Source: a virus
Taxonomy: Duplodnaviria > Caudoviricetes
Virus record (IMG/VR): IMGVR_UViG_3300012359_000045
Coordinates: 1 to 27,595 of that record
Direction: 5' to 3' (one strand)
Length of the DNA: 27,595 nt
In this document: positions 17,245 through 25,325 of the stretch, piece by piece
How positions within the stretch are numbered: the first letter of the stretch is position 1
Layout: each line of letters opens with the position of its first letter
Made by a program: the position numbers and the translations under genes
The notes under the pieces: generated by a model
The model's database searches: none
What the model saw: the letters and a program-made list of their open reading frames with translations, nothing else
Told to the model about the DNA's origin: nothing

Positions 17245-18288
17245 ATGCCTACAGGTAGCGGGCTTGACGCCCAGCTGGGTACTAAGACAGAGACTACTGT
17301 CGGTACCCTGAGTACTCCTGTCACCCAGTTTTTCCCGTTCGACAGCTCCTCCCTGACTTACGACCCCGGTTACATCGAGGGCAGCGGGCTCCTTGCGGGA
17401 ATACGGTTCAAGGATGTATCTCAGGCGGCTATCGCACGTAAATCCGCCATGGGCAAGATCGAGATTCCTGTCATGGCCAAGGGTTTCGGATGGTGGCTGA
17501 AACATCTTATCGGGTCGACGGCTAACCCCGCTCTTATCGCGTCCACGGCGTACAAGCAAGTTCACGTCCCGGGGGGACTCCGCGGGCTGTCATTTACCGC
17601 GCAGGTCGGCAAGCCCGAGCCGGGCACTGGCACTGTCAAGCCCCTGACATATAACGGGTGCAAGATTGACAGCTGGGACCTGACTCTTGCTGATGATTCC
17701 CTGACTCTCCTTTCCCTTAATATCGACTCCTGGAATGAGGATTCCGCTACCGGGCTGGCGGCAGCCAGCTACCCGGCTGGCAACCAGGCCTTCAATTTCA
17801 GTCACGCTACGGTGTTCAAGACGGGCGGCACGCCCGCATTCGCCTCCGGCGAGGTTTCCATCGCTTCCGGTGTCACGGTGCCATCGGTAATCACTAAGCT
17901 GACAATCACCGGCAACGCCTCGCTGGAAGCCAGCCGGTACGGGCTCGGCAACGCGGGTGTCAAGAAAGAGCAGCTTGAGAATGATTTCTTCACTATCACC
18001 GGATCGTTTGAGGGTGAATACGATTCGGTGACCTGGGACAGCGCGTTCCGTAACGGCACTACCACTGCCATTCAATGCGATTCTTCGTTCGGGGACGCTG
18101 GCGGCGGCAACCCCTATCTTCTTAGCATCATTATCCCGTTTGCCAAGATCACCCGGGCACCCGCCGAAATATCCGGCCCGGGACTGGTGACGACCAGCGG
18201 TGAATTCAAGGCTTATTCCGACCCAGGACAGTCTACTATCGCCCCGTTGCAGATCAAGCTGGTAAGCACCGATTCGGTGGCATGGTGA
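17245..18288 (+). CDS. Major tail (tube) protein
   Basis: MPTGSGLDAQLGTKTETTVG, SFTAQVGKP, YNGCKIDSW. Strong SD GAGGAG. Confidence 0.85.
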   Translation: MPTGSGLDAQLGTKTETTVGTLSTPVTQFFPFDSSSLTYDPGYIEGSGLLAGIRFKDVSQAAIARKSAMGKIEIPVMAKGFGWWLKHLIGSTANPALIASTAYKQVHVPGGLRGLSFTAQVGKPEPGTGTVKPLTYNGCKIDSWDLTLADDSLTLLSLNIDSWNEDSATGLAAASYPAGNQAFNFSHATVFKTGGTPAFASGEVSIASGVTVPSVITKLTITGNASLEASRYGLGNAGVKKEQLENDFFTITGSFEGEYDSVTWDSAFRNGTTTAIQCDSSFGDAGGGNPYLLSIIIPFAKITRAPAEISGPGLVTTSGEFKAYSDPGQSTIAPLQIKLVSTDSVAW

Positions 18289-18291
18289 GCT

Positions 18292-18831
18292 ATGCCTGGC
18301 GAGCTTGCGAGGGTGAACCTCGATCATCGTTCAGAAGAGCTGCTTAAACGACTTGAGAAGGCCGACCTCATGCCGGAACTCAAGTACGCTATGCGGTCTT
18401 CCACCAACGGGATTGTCCCCCGTATCAAGAGAGCGATAAAAGGCCTCCCCTCGAACCAGGCCGAGCACAATAAAGGATCGCTCCGGGATGATGTGGCTAG
18501 GTCGGTGAAAAGGTCTGTCCGTGTCAGCCCCCGTGAGGTTTTCGTCGCGGTCCTGGTTAAGCCTCACGGGGGGAAATCAAACCTGGCCCGCGTGCTTGAA
18601 GGAGCCATTCCGTGGCGTCATCCTGTTTACGGCAGGGCGGGAACTGACGTAGGCCAGTCTCCGTCCCCTTATTTTTATGACACCATTGAAAAGCAGCGGC
18701 GGGAAGTCGAGAAGGAAATCCTGGGTGTTTTCCGGAGATTCGAGAGAGAGATCTTATGCCTGACATCAAAATCAAGGAATGCCCTACATGTCATATCGGG
18801 CACGAGTGGTATTTCGGGGGGGCTGACCTGA
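18292..18831 (+). CDS. HK97 gp10-like neck/tail completion protein (may end at the TTA at 18754-18756)
   Basis: Basic protein with GSLR..VA and WRHPVYG...Q...PYFYDTI. Overlaps the next gene by 76 nt if TTA is read as Leu. Confidence 0.6.
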   Translation: MPGELARVNLDHRSEELLKRLEKADLMPELKYAMRSSTNGIVPRIKRAIKGLPSNQAEHNKGSLRDDVARSVKRSVRVSPREVFVAVLVKPHGGKSNLARVLEGAIPWRHPVYGRAGTDVGQSPSPYFYDTIEKQRREVEKEILGVFRRFEREILCLTSKSRNALHVISGTSGISGGLT

Positions 18832-19142
18832 AGGAGCTTCGCGTGGTCAAACGGCTCACGGGAATGAACGGGCTGGATTTCTCCAACGCCTTTAAGGTCA
18901 TGGATCCCGACGCGCTGGCGGCGCTCATGGTCATACTTCATGCCCGGGACAAGATAAAGGTCAGCATCGACGACGTGAACATCGATTTCGACGACTTCGG
19001 CATGGAGATCACCCCCGAAGAGCAGGATCAGGTCGACAGGCTCGAAAAGGAAATGAAGGAAGCCGCTGACAGAGGCATGGCCCCAAAAGCATCCTTACCC
19101 CCGAATGGCCTCCTGAAAAGGGCGGGCTGGAAAACCAGGTGA
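18756..19142 (+). CDS. Tail assembly chaperone (G)
   Basis: Lies between tail genes and the tape measure. Acidic, with slippery C CCA AAA at 19082-19088. Confidence 0.8.
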   Translation: MPDIKIKECPTCHIGHEWYFGGADLKELRVVKRLTGMNGLDFSNAFKVMDPDALAALMVILHARDKIKVSIDDVNIDFDDFGMEITPEEQDQVDRLEKEMKEAADRGMAPKASLPPNGLLKRAGWKTR

Positions 19143-19303
19143 AATCTTATTACGCGGACTTCTGGGAGTTGTTCGGTCTCACGCCCATCACTATCTGGGA
19201 TCTTCCCGCCGGCGATTTTTTCGCGATGGCACTACAGGCCGACCAGGTGCGCCGGGAAACCGCCAGGAACGCAGCGGACATGAGGAACCATCATGGCAAG
19301 TAG
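19088..19303 (+). CDS. -1 frameshift extension of the tail assembly chaperone (GT)
   Basis: The -1 frame is open: SILTPEWPPEKGGLENQVKSYYADFWELFGLTPITIWDL...HGK*. It ends at TAG 19301-19303, overlapping the tape measure start. Confidence 0.8.
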   Translation, partial: SILTPEWPPEKGGLENQVKSYYADFWELFGLTPITIWDLPAGDFFAMALQADQVRRETARNAADMRNHHGK

Positions 19304-21977
19304 GGTCCTGAATTTTGTTTTCACAGGCCAGGACAGGCTGACTCCCGTCGCCCAGAAGGCCGGAAGGGAGACTTCCGGAGCCCTAAACCAGGTAGGTGTT
19401 TCCGTGAGGAAACTCTCAGGGGAATTCACCGGCCTGGGCGCAGCCGAGGATGCGATCAGTGCCAAGGGAAACAAATTCAAGCTGGTACTGGCCGGGATTA
19501 ACATAGCTTCGGGTGTAGCAGAGCCGGCGTTGTCCGGGCTGGTTGTCGCTGTCGGGGGACTGGCGGCGGGGTTTGCCTCGGCCGCTTCCGCACTGGGAGC
19601 CTTCGGGCTAGTAGCCAAGGCTAATATCACTGCGGCTAGCGATGCTGCTACCAAAGCATCCGCGGCCCAGACCGCTCACACCGCCGCAGTGGCCGCGGCT
19701 AACTCTAAATACTCTCAGGCGATGGGTGTCGCCACGAATAAGGCGCAGCGGCATGCCGCTGCCACTGCCCGGCTGAATGCACTCCAGTCAGCTCAGGCTG
19801 CAAAGATCCGTGCGACAACTATCGCGTATGCTGGTCTTTCCCCGGCGCAAGTAGGATTGTCTAAATCCATCGGCGCGATGCAAGACAAATGGGCTGCGTT
19901 CACCCGCTCGTTTGCCCCCATGCTGAACAGGATAGCCAGTACGGTGAAGCCGTTGTTCGGCACCATCCTGGCTGGCATAGGGAAACTGGCAGCTTCCGGG
20001 GGGACTGCAATTCAAGCGCTGTTGCCATCACTGGGCAAAGCTCTGAATTCCGGCGGATTCCAGAAGTTTATTTCCATGCTGTCAAGCAATGCCGGGCCGG
20101 CTATCGTAAAGCTCGGTATTGCTATCGGTCATATTGCTGTCGGTATAGGGGGCATCCTGACGGCATTCATGCCGGTATCGCAGGGGATGCTATCCGGTAT
20201 CGATAAGATCACTGCGAAATTCGCCGCGTGGGGTTCCACGCTTACCGGGCATTCCGGGTTCCAGTCCCTTATGCAGACTTTCCGGGAAGAAACTCCGCAA
20301 GCTGTGGCCATATTGCGGAACCTGGGGGCTGTAATAGGTAACATCGGCCGGGCCATGTTTGGCCTGAGCACCTTTTCTAACAGCAAAATGCTGCTCTCAG
20401 CTCTATTGCCGGCATCCCGTGTCATGGCTTCCTTGTCAAAGAATACTGACCTGGTAAGGCTTGCCCTGTATGCCTTGGTTGCAGTGAAGATCGGACAGCA
20501 ATTCTCTTGGGTTAATGACGCGTGGAAAGGTGTCGTGAAGTTCGCCGCGGTAACCGAGGGCGCTACCGTCTCGGAAACTATCGCTGCGGCGGCAACCCGC
20601 GCATGGGGGCTGGCTATAAAGGCACTACCCTGGGTTGCCCTGGCTGTGGCGGTCGTCGCCGTGGCGCTGCTTATCGTCAAGTACCATGCCAAGATATGGG
20701 ATTTTACTAAAAGGGTATGGCATGACGTACTAGCTGTCATCGCTTCTGTTTTCGGGTGGGTTAAGCAGAACTGGCCCCTGATCCTGGGTATCATTACCGG
20801 GCCTATCGGCCTGGCTACCGGGTTTGTTATCCGCCACTGGCATATGATACGGGACACAGCAGTAAAAGCCGTTAATGTGATCATCGGTATTTTCCGCACA
20901 ATGATAGACGTCATCCTGAACGTATTCGGCGCTATTATTCACGGTGCTGCAACAGCATTCGGGTGGGTTTACGGCATAGGCGGGAAACTCCGGGGGGCCG
21001 CTAAGGCATTTGATCATTTCCGCGAGTCTGTGGACAGTTCACTACAGGGAATCCAGGACAAGACCGTCAATGTGAGCGTGGCAATGACCAGCCGGACCAA
21101 CCCCTACCCCGGGGGGATCGGCGGAAGGGCCGCCGAGGGTGGCAGGATCCGGGGGCCAGGCGGTCCGACATCCGACATGGCCGGGTTGTTCGCGTTGTCC
21201 AACGACGAATATGTCCAGCCGGCAGCGTCTCACAGGTATTACGGCACGGCCATGATGGACGCGATCCGCAACCGCACCTTCCCCCGGTTCGCCGCAGGCG
21301 GCGGGGTAGGGATTCTTCCCCGTGTTCCCGGCAGGGACCAGGTTGGGCGCCAGCTCTGGAATGCCCTCGTCAGCACCGTGAGAAGGGACTTCACAGGAGG
21401 CCTTGGCGGCGGCGGAAACTGGCTCGGGGTTATCCAGTCGGCCCTGCGACTGCTGGGACAGTCTCTCGCGTGGGTTCCCGTGGTCTTCCGGAGGCTCATG
21501 CAGGAATCAGGCGGCAATCAGTTCGCGGTGAACAGGTGGGACTCCAACTGGCTGGCCGGCACGCCCTCCGTGGGCGGGATGCAGGTCATCGGTCCTACTT
21601 TCGCGGCGTATGCTGGCCCGTTCCGTAATACAGGCCCGTTTCTTTACGGGGTCAGCGTCAACAAGCTGGCCAATATGTATGCCGGGCTGAATTACGCATT
21701 GCACCGTTACGGCAGTCTTTCCGCCCTGAGCGGGCCGGGAGGTTACCGCTACGGCGGGGCTGTGTCGTTCGACGGCGGAGGTTACCTGCCTCCCCGCAGT
21801 GCCACACTGGCAGTCAACAGGACCAGCCGTTACGAGCCCGTAGGCGGCGGCGGGAACACGTATATCATAAACGTATCCTCTTCCCCGCTGGCGAGGCCCG
21901 CGGATATCGGCAGGGATGTTGTCGGGGCGATAAAGGCCTTCGAAAAAGGCTCCGGTAAAGGCTGGCGCATGCCATGA
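19293..21977 (+). CDS. Tape measure protein with C-terminal lytic transglycosylase-like domain
   Basis: Long Ala/Gly helical body with W/F repeats. RLMQESGGNQFAVNRWDSNW..GTPSVGGMQVIGPTF...NYALHRYG. Confidence 0.92.
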   Translation: MASRVLNFVFTGQDRLTPVAQKAGRETSGALNQVGVSVRKLSGEFTGLGAAEDAISAKGNKFKLVLAGINIASGVAEPALSGLVVAVGGLAAGFASAASALGAFGLVAKANITAASDAATKASAAQTAHTAAVAAANSKYSQAMGVATNKAQRHAAATARLNALQSAQAAKIRATTIAYAGLSPAQVGLSKSIGAMQDKWAAFTRSFAPMLNRIASTVKPLFGTILAGIGKLAASGGTAIQALLPSLGKALNSGGFQKFISMLSSNAGPAIVKLGIAIGHIAVGIGGILTAFMPVSQGMLSGIDKITAKFAAWGSTLTGHSGFQSLMQTFREETPQAVAILRNLGAVIGNIGRAMFGLSTFSNSKMLLSALLPASRVMASLSKNTDLVRLALYALVAVKIGQQFSWVNDAWKGVVKFAAVTEGATVSETIAAAATRAWGLAIKALPWVALAVAVVAVALLIVKYHAKIWDFTKRVWHDVLAVIASVFGWVKQNWPLILGIITGPIGLATGFVIRHWHMIRDTAVKAVNVIIGIFRTMIDVILNVFGAIIHGAATAFGWVYGIGGKLRGAAKAFDHFRESVDSSLQGIQDKTVNVSVAMTSRTNPYPGGIGGRAAEGGRIRGPGGPTSDMAGLFALSNDEYVQPAASHRYYGTAMMDAIRNRTFPRFAAGGGVGILPRVPGRDQVGRQLWNALVSTVRRDFTGGLGGGGNWLGVIQSALRLLGQSLAWVPVVFRRLMQESGGNQFAVNRWDSNWLAGTPSVGGMQVIGPTFAAYAGPFRNTGPFLYGVSVNKLANMYAGLNYALHRYGSLSALSGPGGYRYGGAVSFDGGGYLPPRSATLAVNRTSRYEPVGGGGNTYIINVSSSPLARPADIGRDVVGAIKAFEKGSGKGWRMP

Positions 21978-24178
21978 CACTGGTTCTCCCCCAGATTATC
22001 GTCGAAGCGGGATTGTTCCCCGACAACCCGTCTCAGCCGGGCACGTCATTGCGCCTGGGCGACGCTGCTTACGGGAAGCTGGGTACGGGAACACTCGGCA
22101 CGTCGATAGCCTGGACCGACATATCGGACTACGTGGAGAGTTTCACTATCACGCGCCCGTCGACACGCGTGCAAGGCCCCTTGTGGAACTACCAGGCGGG
22201 CACCTGCGCTGTAAACCTGGATAACAGCGACGGCAGGTTCGATCCCGACAATCTTAACGGGCCTTATGTTTCGGGGGGCGCAACACGGCTGAAGGCCATG
22301 GTGCCCTTCCGTATCCGCGCAAACTTCGGCTCGATCGGCTATCCGCTGTATTTCGGGTTCACGGACGGGTGGGAGCCGGCTGACGTGGACAAGCCCAGTG
22401 ATTATGCCACCCTGGTTGTCTCCGCCACCGACGTGTTCAAGGTGCTGGCGGGAATTCATCTTCCCCTGGTCAGCATCGAAGGTGTTGGGGCGGACACCGG
22501 CGCGAGGATAAAGGACATTCTCGCCAGGGCAGGCTGGTATACTTCCGGGGAATGGCAGCAGATAGACACAGGCAATTCGCTGCTGCAAGGCACTACGCTG
22601 GATTCTGATGCGCTGTCTCTCATGCAGCTGGCCGTGGACAGCGAAATAGGCCAGTTTTACGCCAACGGCGCGGGAACAGTGGTATTCCATGCACGCCGCT
22701 CCCTGATGACTAACACCAGGTCGAATACTGTCCAGGCGGTTTTTGACGACGCAGGGCCATTTGATGGATTCTCCGGGTTCACTCATCCGTCGTCATCGCA
22801 ATTGCTCGGGCATACCGAGCCTGAAGTAAAGCTGTTCAGCGGGACCTACTACTGCTATTACCGGGATGACAGCTCCGGTCACGGCCGTATCAATCTCATG
22901 ACCTCGCCGGACGGGATCAGCTGGGCCGAGCAGGGCAACCTGGTCGATGTCACGGCGGCTGCCTGGGATTCCTCTTACGTGATCAGCCCTAGCGTGGTCT
23001 TCGACGGAAGCACTTACTACCTGTTTTACGAGGGAAACGACGGCACGCACAGCCAGGTAGGTTACGCATCGTCGGCCAGTCCTTCCGGGCCGTTCACCAA
23101 ATACGGCTCCAACCCCGTGCTGACATATACTGGCGGAGGTTTCGAGTCGGTCACGGTAGGGACGCCCTCAGTATTCTACGATGCGCCTTCGGCTACCTAC
23201 TACCTGTATTACCACGGCTATGACGGTGCCCATGACCGGACTGCTCTGGCGTGGGCCACGGCCCCTTCGGGGACATGGACGAGACACCCGTCAAACCCGG
23301 TGCTCGACGTTACCGCCGCGCCGTGGCTGGCGGGGAAAGTGGCCCCCTCATCCGTGATCGTGATAAACGGGATTGTCTACGTGTTCATCGAGGCCGATCC
23401 TGGCACCGGAAAGTTCGCGATAGGCGTAGTGACAGTTCCGCTGGCAGATGCCAAGACCAGTATTCTCTCCTTGTCCGAATGGAACCTTAACGCTCCGCTA
23501 TTCTCGGCCAACCCTCTCGGCTGGGACAATGACTACGTGCAATTGCCTTCCGTTATCTCTGACGGCACGCCGAGAGGATACTGGGTTTACTATTCTGGCC
23601 ATACGCTGGCAGGATCTTTCCGCCTCGGCAGGGCCGCAGGATTTTACTCGGATGGCAACGGGCTCTTGTATTCCTCTGTAAGCCGCGCATCGGATGACGT
23701 GACAATCGTCAATGATGTCCAGGCCACCCGTGCGGGCGGAAGCAACGTCCAGCAAGCACAAGATACCGCGAGTATTGCCGCTTACCTTTTCCCCAGGACT
23801 TACTCGCGCACCGACCTGATTGTCCAGAATGATTCCGACGCACTTGACTGGGCACGGTACGTCCTGCACATCGGCAGCACGGGGGAAGACAGGTTCGAGG
23901 CAATAGAAGTCGACCCGCAAGCCAATCCTGCCATCTTGTGGCCGCAAGTTCTCGGCAGGGACATGACTGACCGTGTCCAGGTGTGGCATCGGCCATCACA
24001 GGTTTCACCGGCTATTGTCAAGGACTGTTTCATAACGGGGCTTATCCACACCTGGAGATCTGCTGACTCATCCTGGCGCACCAAATGGGCGCTGGCGGAT
24101 GCCAGCAAATACGGCAGTTTCCTGACACTGGGCAATTCTGCCCTTGGCAAGCTCGGCTCTAACGCACTTGCCTTCTAG
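21974..24178 (+). CDS. Minor tail/hub protein with inserted five-bladed beta-propeller (GH43/GH130-like)
   Basis: WTDISDYVESFTITR and LDNSDGRFDPDN are typical of actinophage minor tail proteins. The insert (about 22751-23650) has repeated PSV..YYLYY.G...NPVL blades. Confidence 0.8.
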   Translation: MTLVLPQIIVEAGLFPDNPSQPGTSLRLGDAAYGKLGTGTLGTSIAWTDISDYVESFTITRPSTRVQGPLWNYQAGTCAVNLDNSDGRFDPDNLNGPYVSGGATRLKAMVPFRIRANFGSIGYPLYFGFTDGWEPADVDKPSDYATLVVSATDVFKVLAGIHLPLVSIEGVGADTGARIKDILARAGWYTSGEWQQIDTGNSLLQGTTLDSDALSLMQLAVDSEIGQFYANGAGTVVFHARRSLMTNTRSNTVQAVFDDAGPFDGFSGFTHPSSSQLLGHTEPEVKLFSGTYYCYYRDDSSGHGRINLMTSPDGISWAEQGNLVDVTAAAWDSSYVISPSVVFDGSTYYLFYEGNDGTHSQVGYASSASPSGPFTKYGSNPVLTYTGGGFESVTVGTPSVFYDAPSATYYLYYHGYDGAHDRTALAWATAPSGTWTRHPSNPVLDVTAAPWLAGKVAPSSVIVINGIVYVFIEADPGTGKFAIGVVTVPLADAKTSILSLSEWNLNAPLFSANPLGWDNDYVQLPSVISDGTPRGYWVYYSGHTLAGSFRLGRAAGFYSDGNGLLYSSVSRASDDVTIVNDVQATRAGGSNVQQAQDTASIAAYLFPRTYSRTDLIVQNDSDALDWARYVLHIGSTGEDRFEAIEVDPQANPAILWPQVLGRDMTDRVQVWHRPSQVSPAIVKDCFITGLIHTWRSADSSWRTKWALADASKYGSFLTLGNSALGKLGSNALAF

Positions 24179-24193
24179 AAAAATAGGAGCATA

Positions 24194-24694
24194 ATGCCGC
24201 TGCCGTTTTACGTCACCGACCAGGTACTTCTGCCATCTGATTGTAATTACTGGTTCCTGCCACTGGTAGGTTACAAGTCCGTAGACCTCGGGCGTACCTC
24301 CACGTCCCAGGTAGCTGATCCCGACCTTACCGTATCAGTGCTGGCAAATGCCGTGTACAAGGTGGACTGCACCCTTTTCTACAAGGTGTCCGCCAACGCC
24401 GGGACCGACTTCCAGTGGACCTGGACTATCCCCGCCGGCACGGCCGCGGGTCTCTACTTCGCCCAGTATTTCGGCGCTGGCGGAGGGCAGACTTTCGACA
24501 CCAACCAGTGGACCGATGCAGCGAAATCCGCCGACGCGACGGTCGTGGGCACGATATACGGGATCTCCATCGACGGCGTGCTGGCCACGGCGGGCACCGC
24601 GGGAAGTTTCACGCTTAACTGGGGAGCCTCTTCGGCAACGCCCACAACCACGCTAACCGCGCGTTCAACTCTCATGCTGCAACGGATCTCCTGA
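24194..24694 (+). CDS. Minor tail protein
   Basis: SD AGGAG. DPDLTVSV.AN.VY...GSFTLNWG...STLMLQRIS. Confidence 0.65.
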   Translation: MPLPFYVTDQVLLPSDCNYWFLPLVGYKSVDLGRTSTSQVADPDLTVSVLANAVYKVDCTLFYKVSANAGTDFQWTWTIPAGTAAGLYFAQYFGAGGGQTFDTNQWTDAAKSADATVVGTIYGISIDGVLATAGTAGSFTLNWGASSATPTTTLTARSTLMLQRIS

Positions 24695-25077
24695 TGACCA
24701 GCCTGGCAGACGTGCGCAGAGGCGACCAGTTTCTTCTCGCGGCACGGTGCACCGATCGCGACGTGACGGCAGGCCTGACATTCAGCATGTTCAGTGCCAT
24801 GAAAGCACCCATCGGGCAGCTTATCATCGCACCGGCAGGGACTTTCACGGGGGTTCTTGCCAGCGCTCCCGACCTGATTCCCGTCAGCCTCATCACCGGA
24901 TTTGCGCCGCTGCAAACCGGGGACATCCTGGAACGTGCAGGGTCGGGGGAAACCGCGGTGGTCCGCTGGACCAGCATCAAGCCTGATGGCACGGTCCAGT
25001 GGTCGTCATCGGCTGCGGCGAGAATCATCTACCCAGCAGACGGCTGGTTTATCATAGGTCATGTAAGCGACCTTTAA
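24694..25077 (+). CDS. Hypothetical protein
   Basis: TGATG coupling. Fills the gap before the holin. Confidence 0.6.
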   Translation: MTSLADVRRGDQFLLAARCTDRDVTAGLTFSMFSAMKAPIGQLIIAPAGTFTGVLASAPDLIPVSLITGFAPLQTGDILERAGSGETAVVRWTSIKPDGTVQWSSSAAARIIYPADGWFIIGHVSDL

Positions 25078-25088
25078 GGAAGGCAGCA

Positions 25089-25325
25089 ATGAAGTACCTG
25101 GTTGCAATACAGGATGGACTCAAGAACAACCCCGCGCTGGTAGCGGCACTGCTCAATGTCGCGGTTACCCTGGCGGCCCGGTTCGGATTCCAGGTGACAC
25201 CCGACCAGCTTGTCGGGTACGTGGTGATGGCTAACCTCCTGCTTGGTTTCCTGGTCCGCGCTCACGTGGTCCCGCTGGCCAAGTTCAACGTGGACATCAA
25301 GCCGAAGGCTGAGGAGACCAGATGA
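25089..25325 (+). CDS. Holin (two TM segments)
   Basis: ATG at 25089 after AAGGAAGG. NPALV...FG..VTPDQ...LVRAHVVP. ATGA-coupled to the endolysin. Confidence 0.8.
   Translation: MKYLVAIQDGLKNNPALVAALLNVAVTLAARFGFQVTPDQLVGYVVMANLLLGFLVRAHVVPLAKFNVDIKPKAEETR

Noticed and set aside
22751-23635. GCAGGGCC at both ends of the propeller insert as a target-site duplication
   Set aside because: Only 8 GC-rich nt, and the 877-nt spacing is not a multiple of 3, so it is likely chance.
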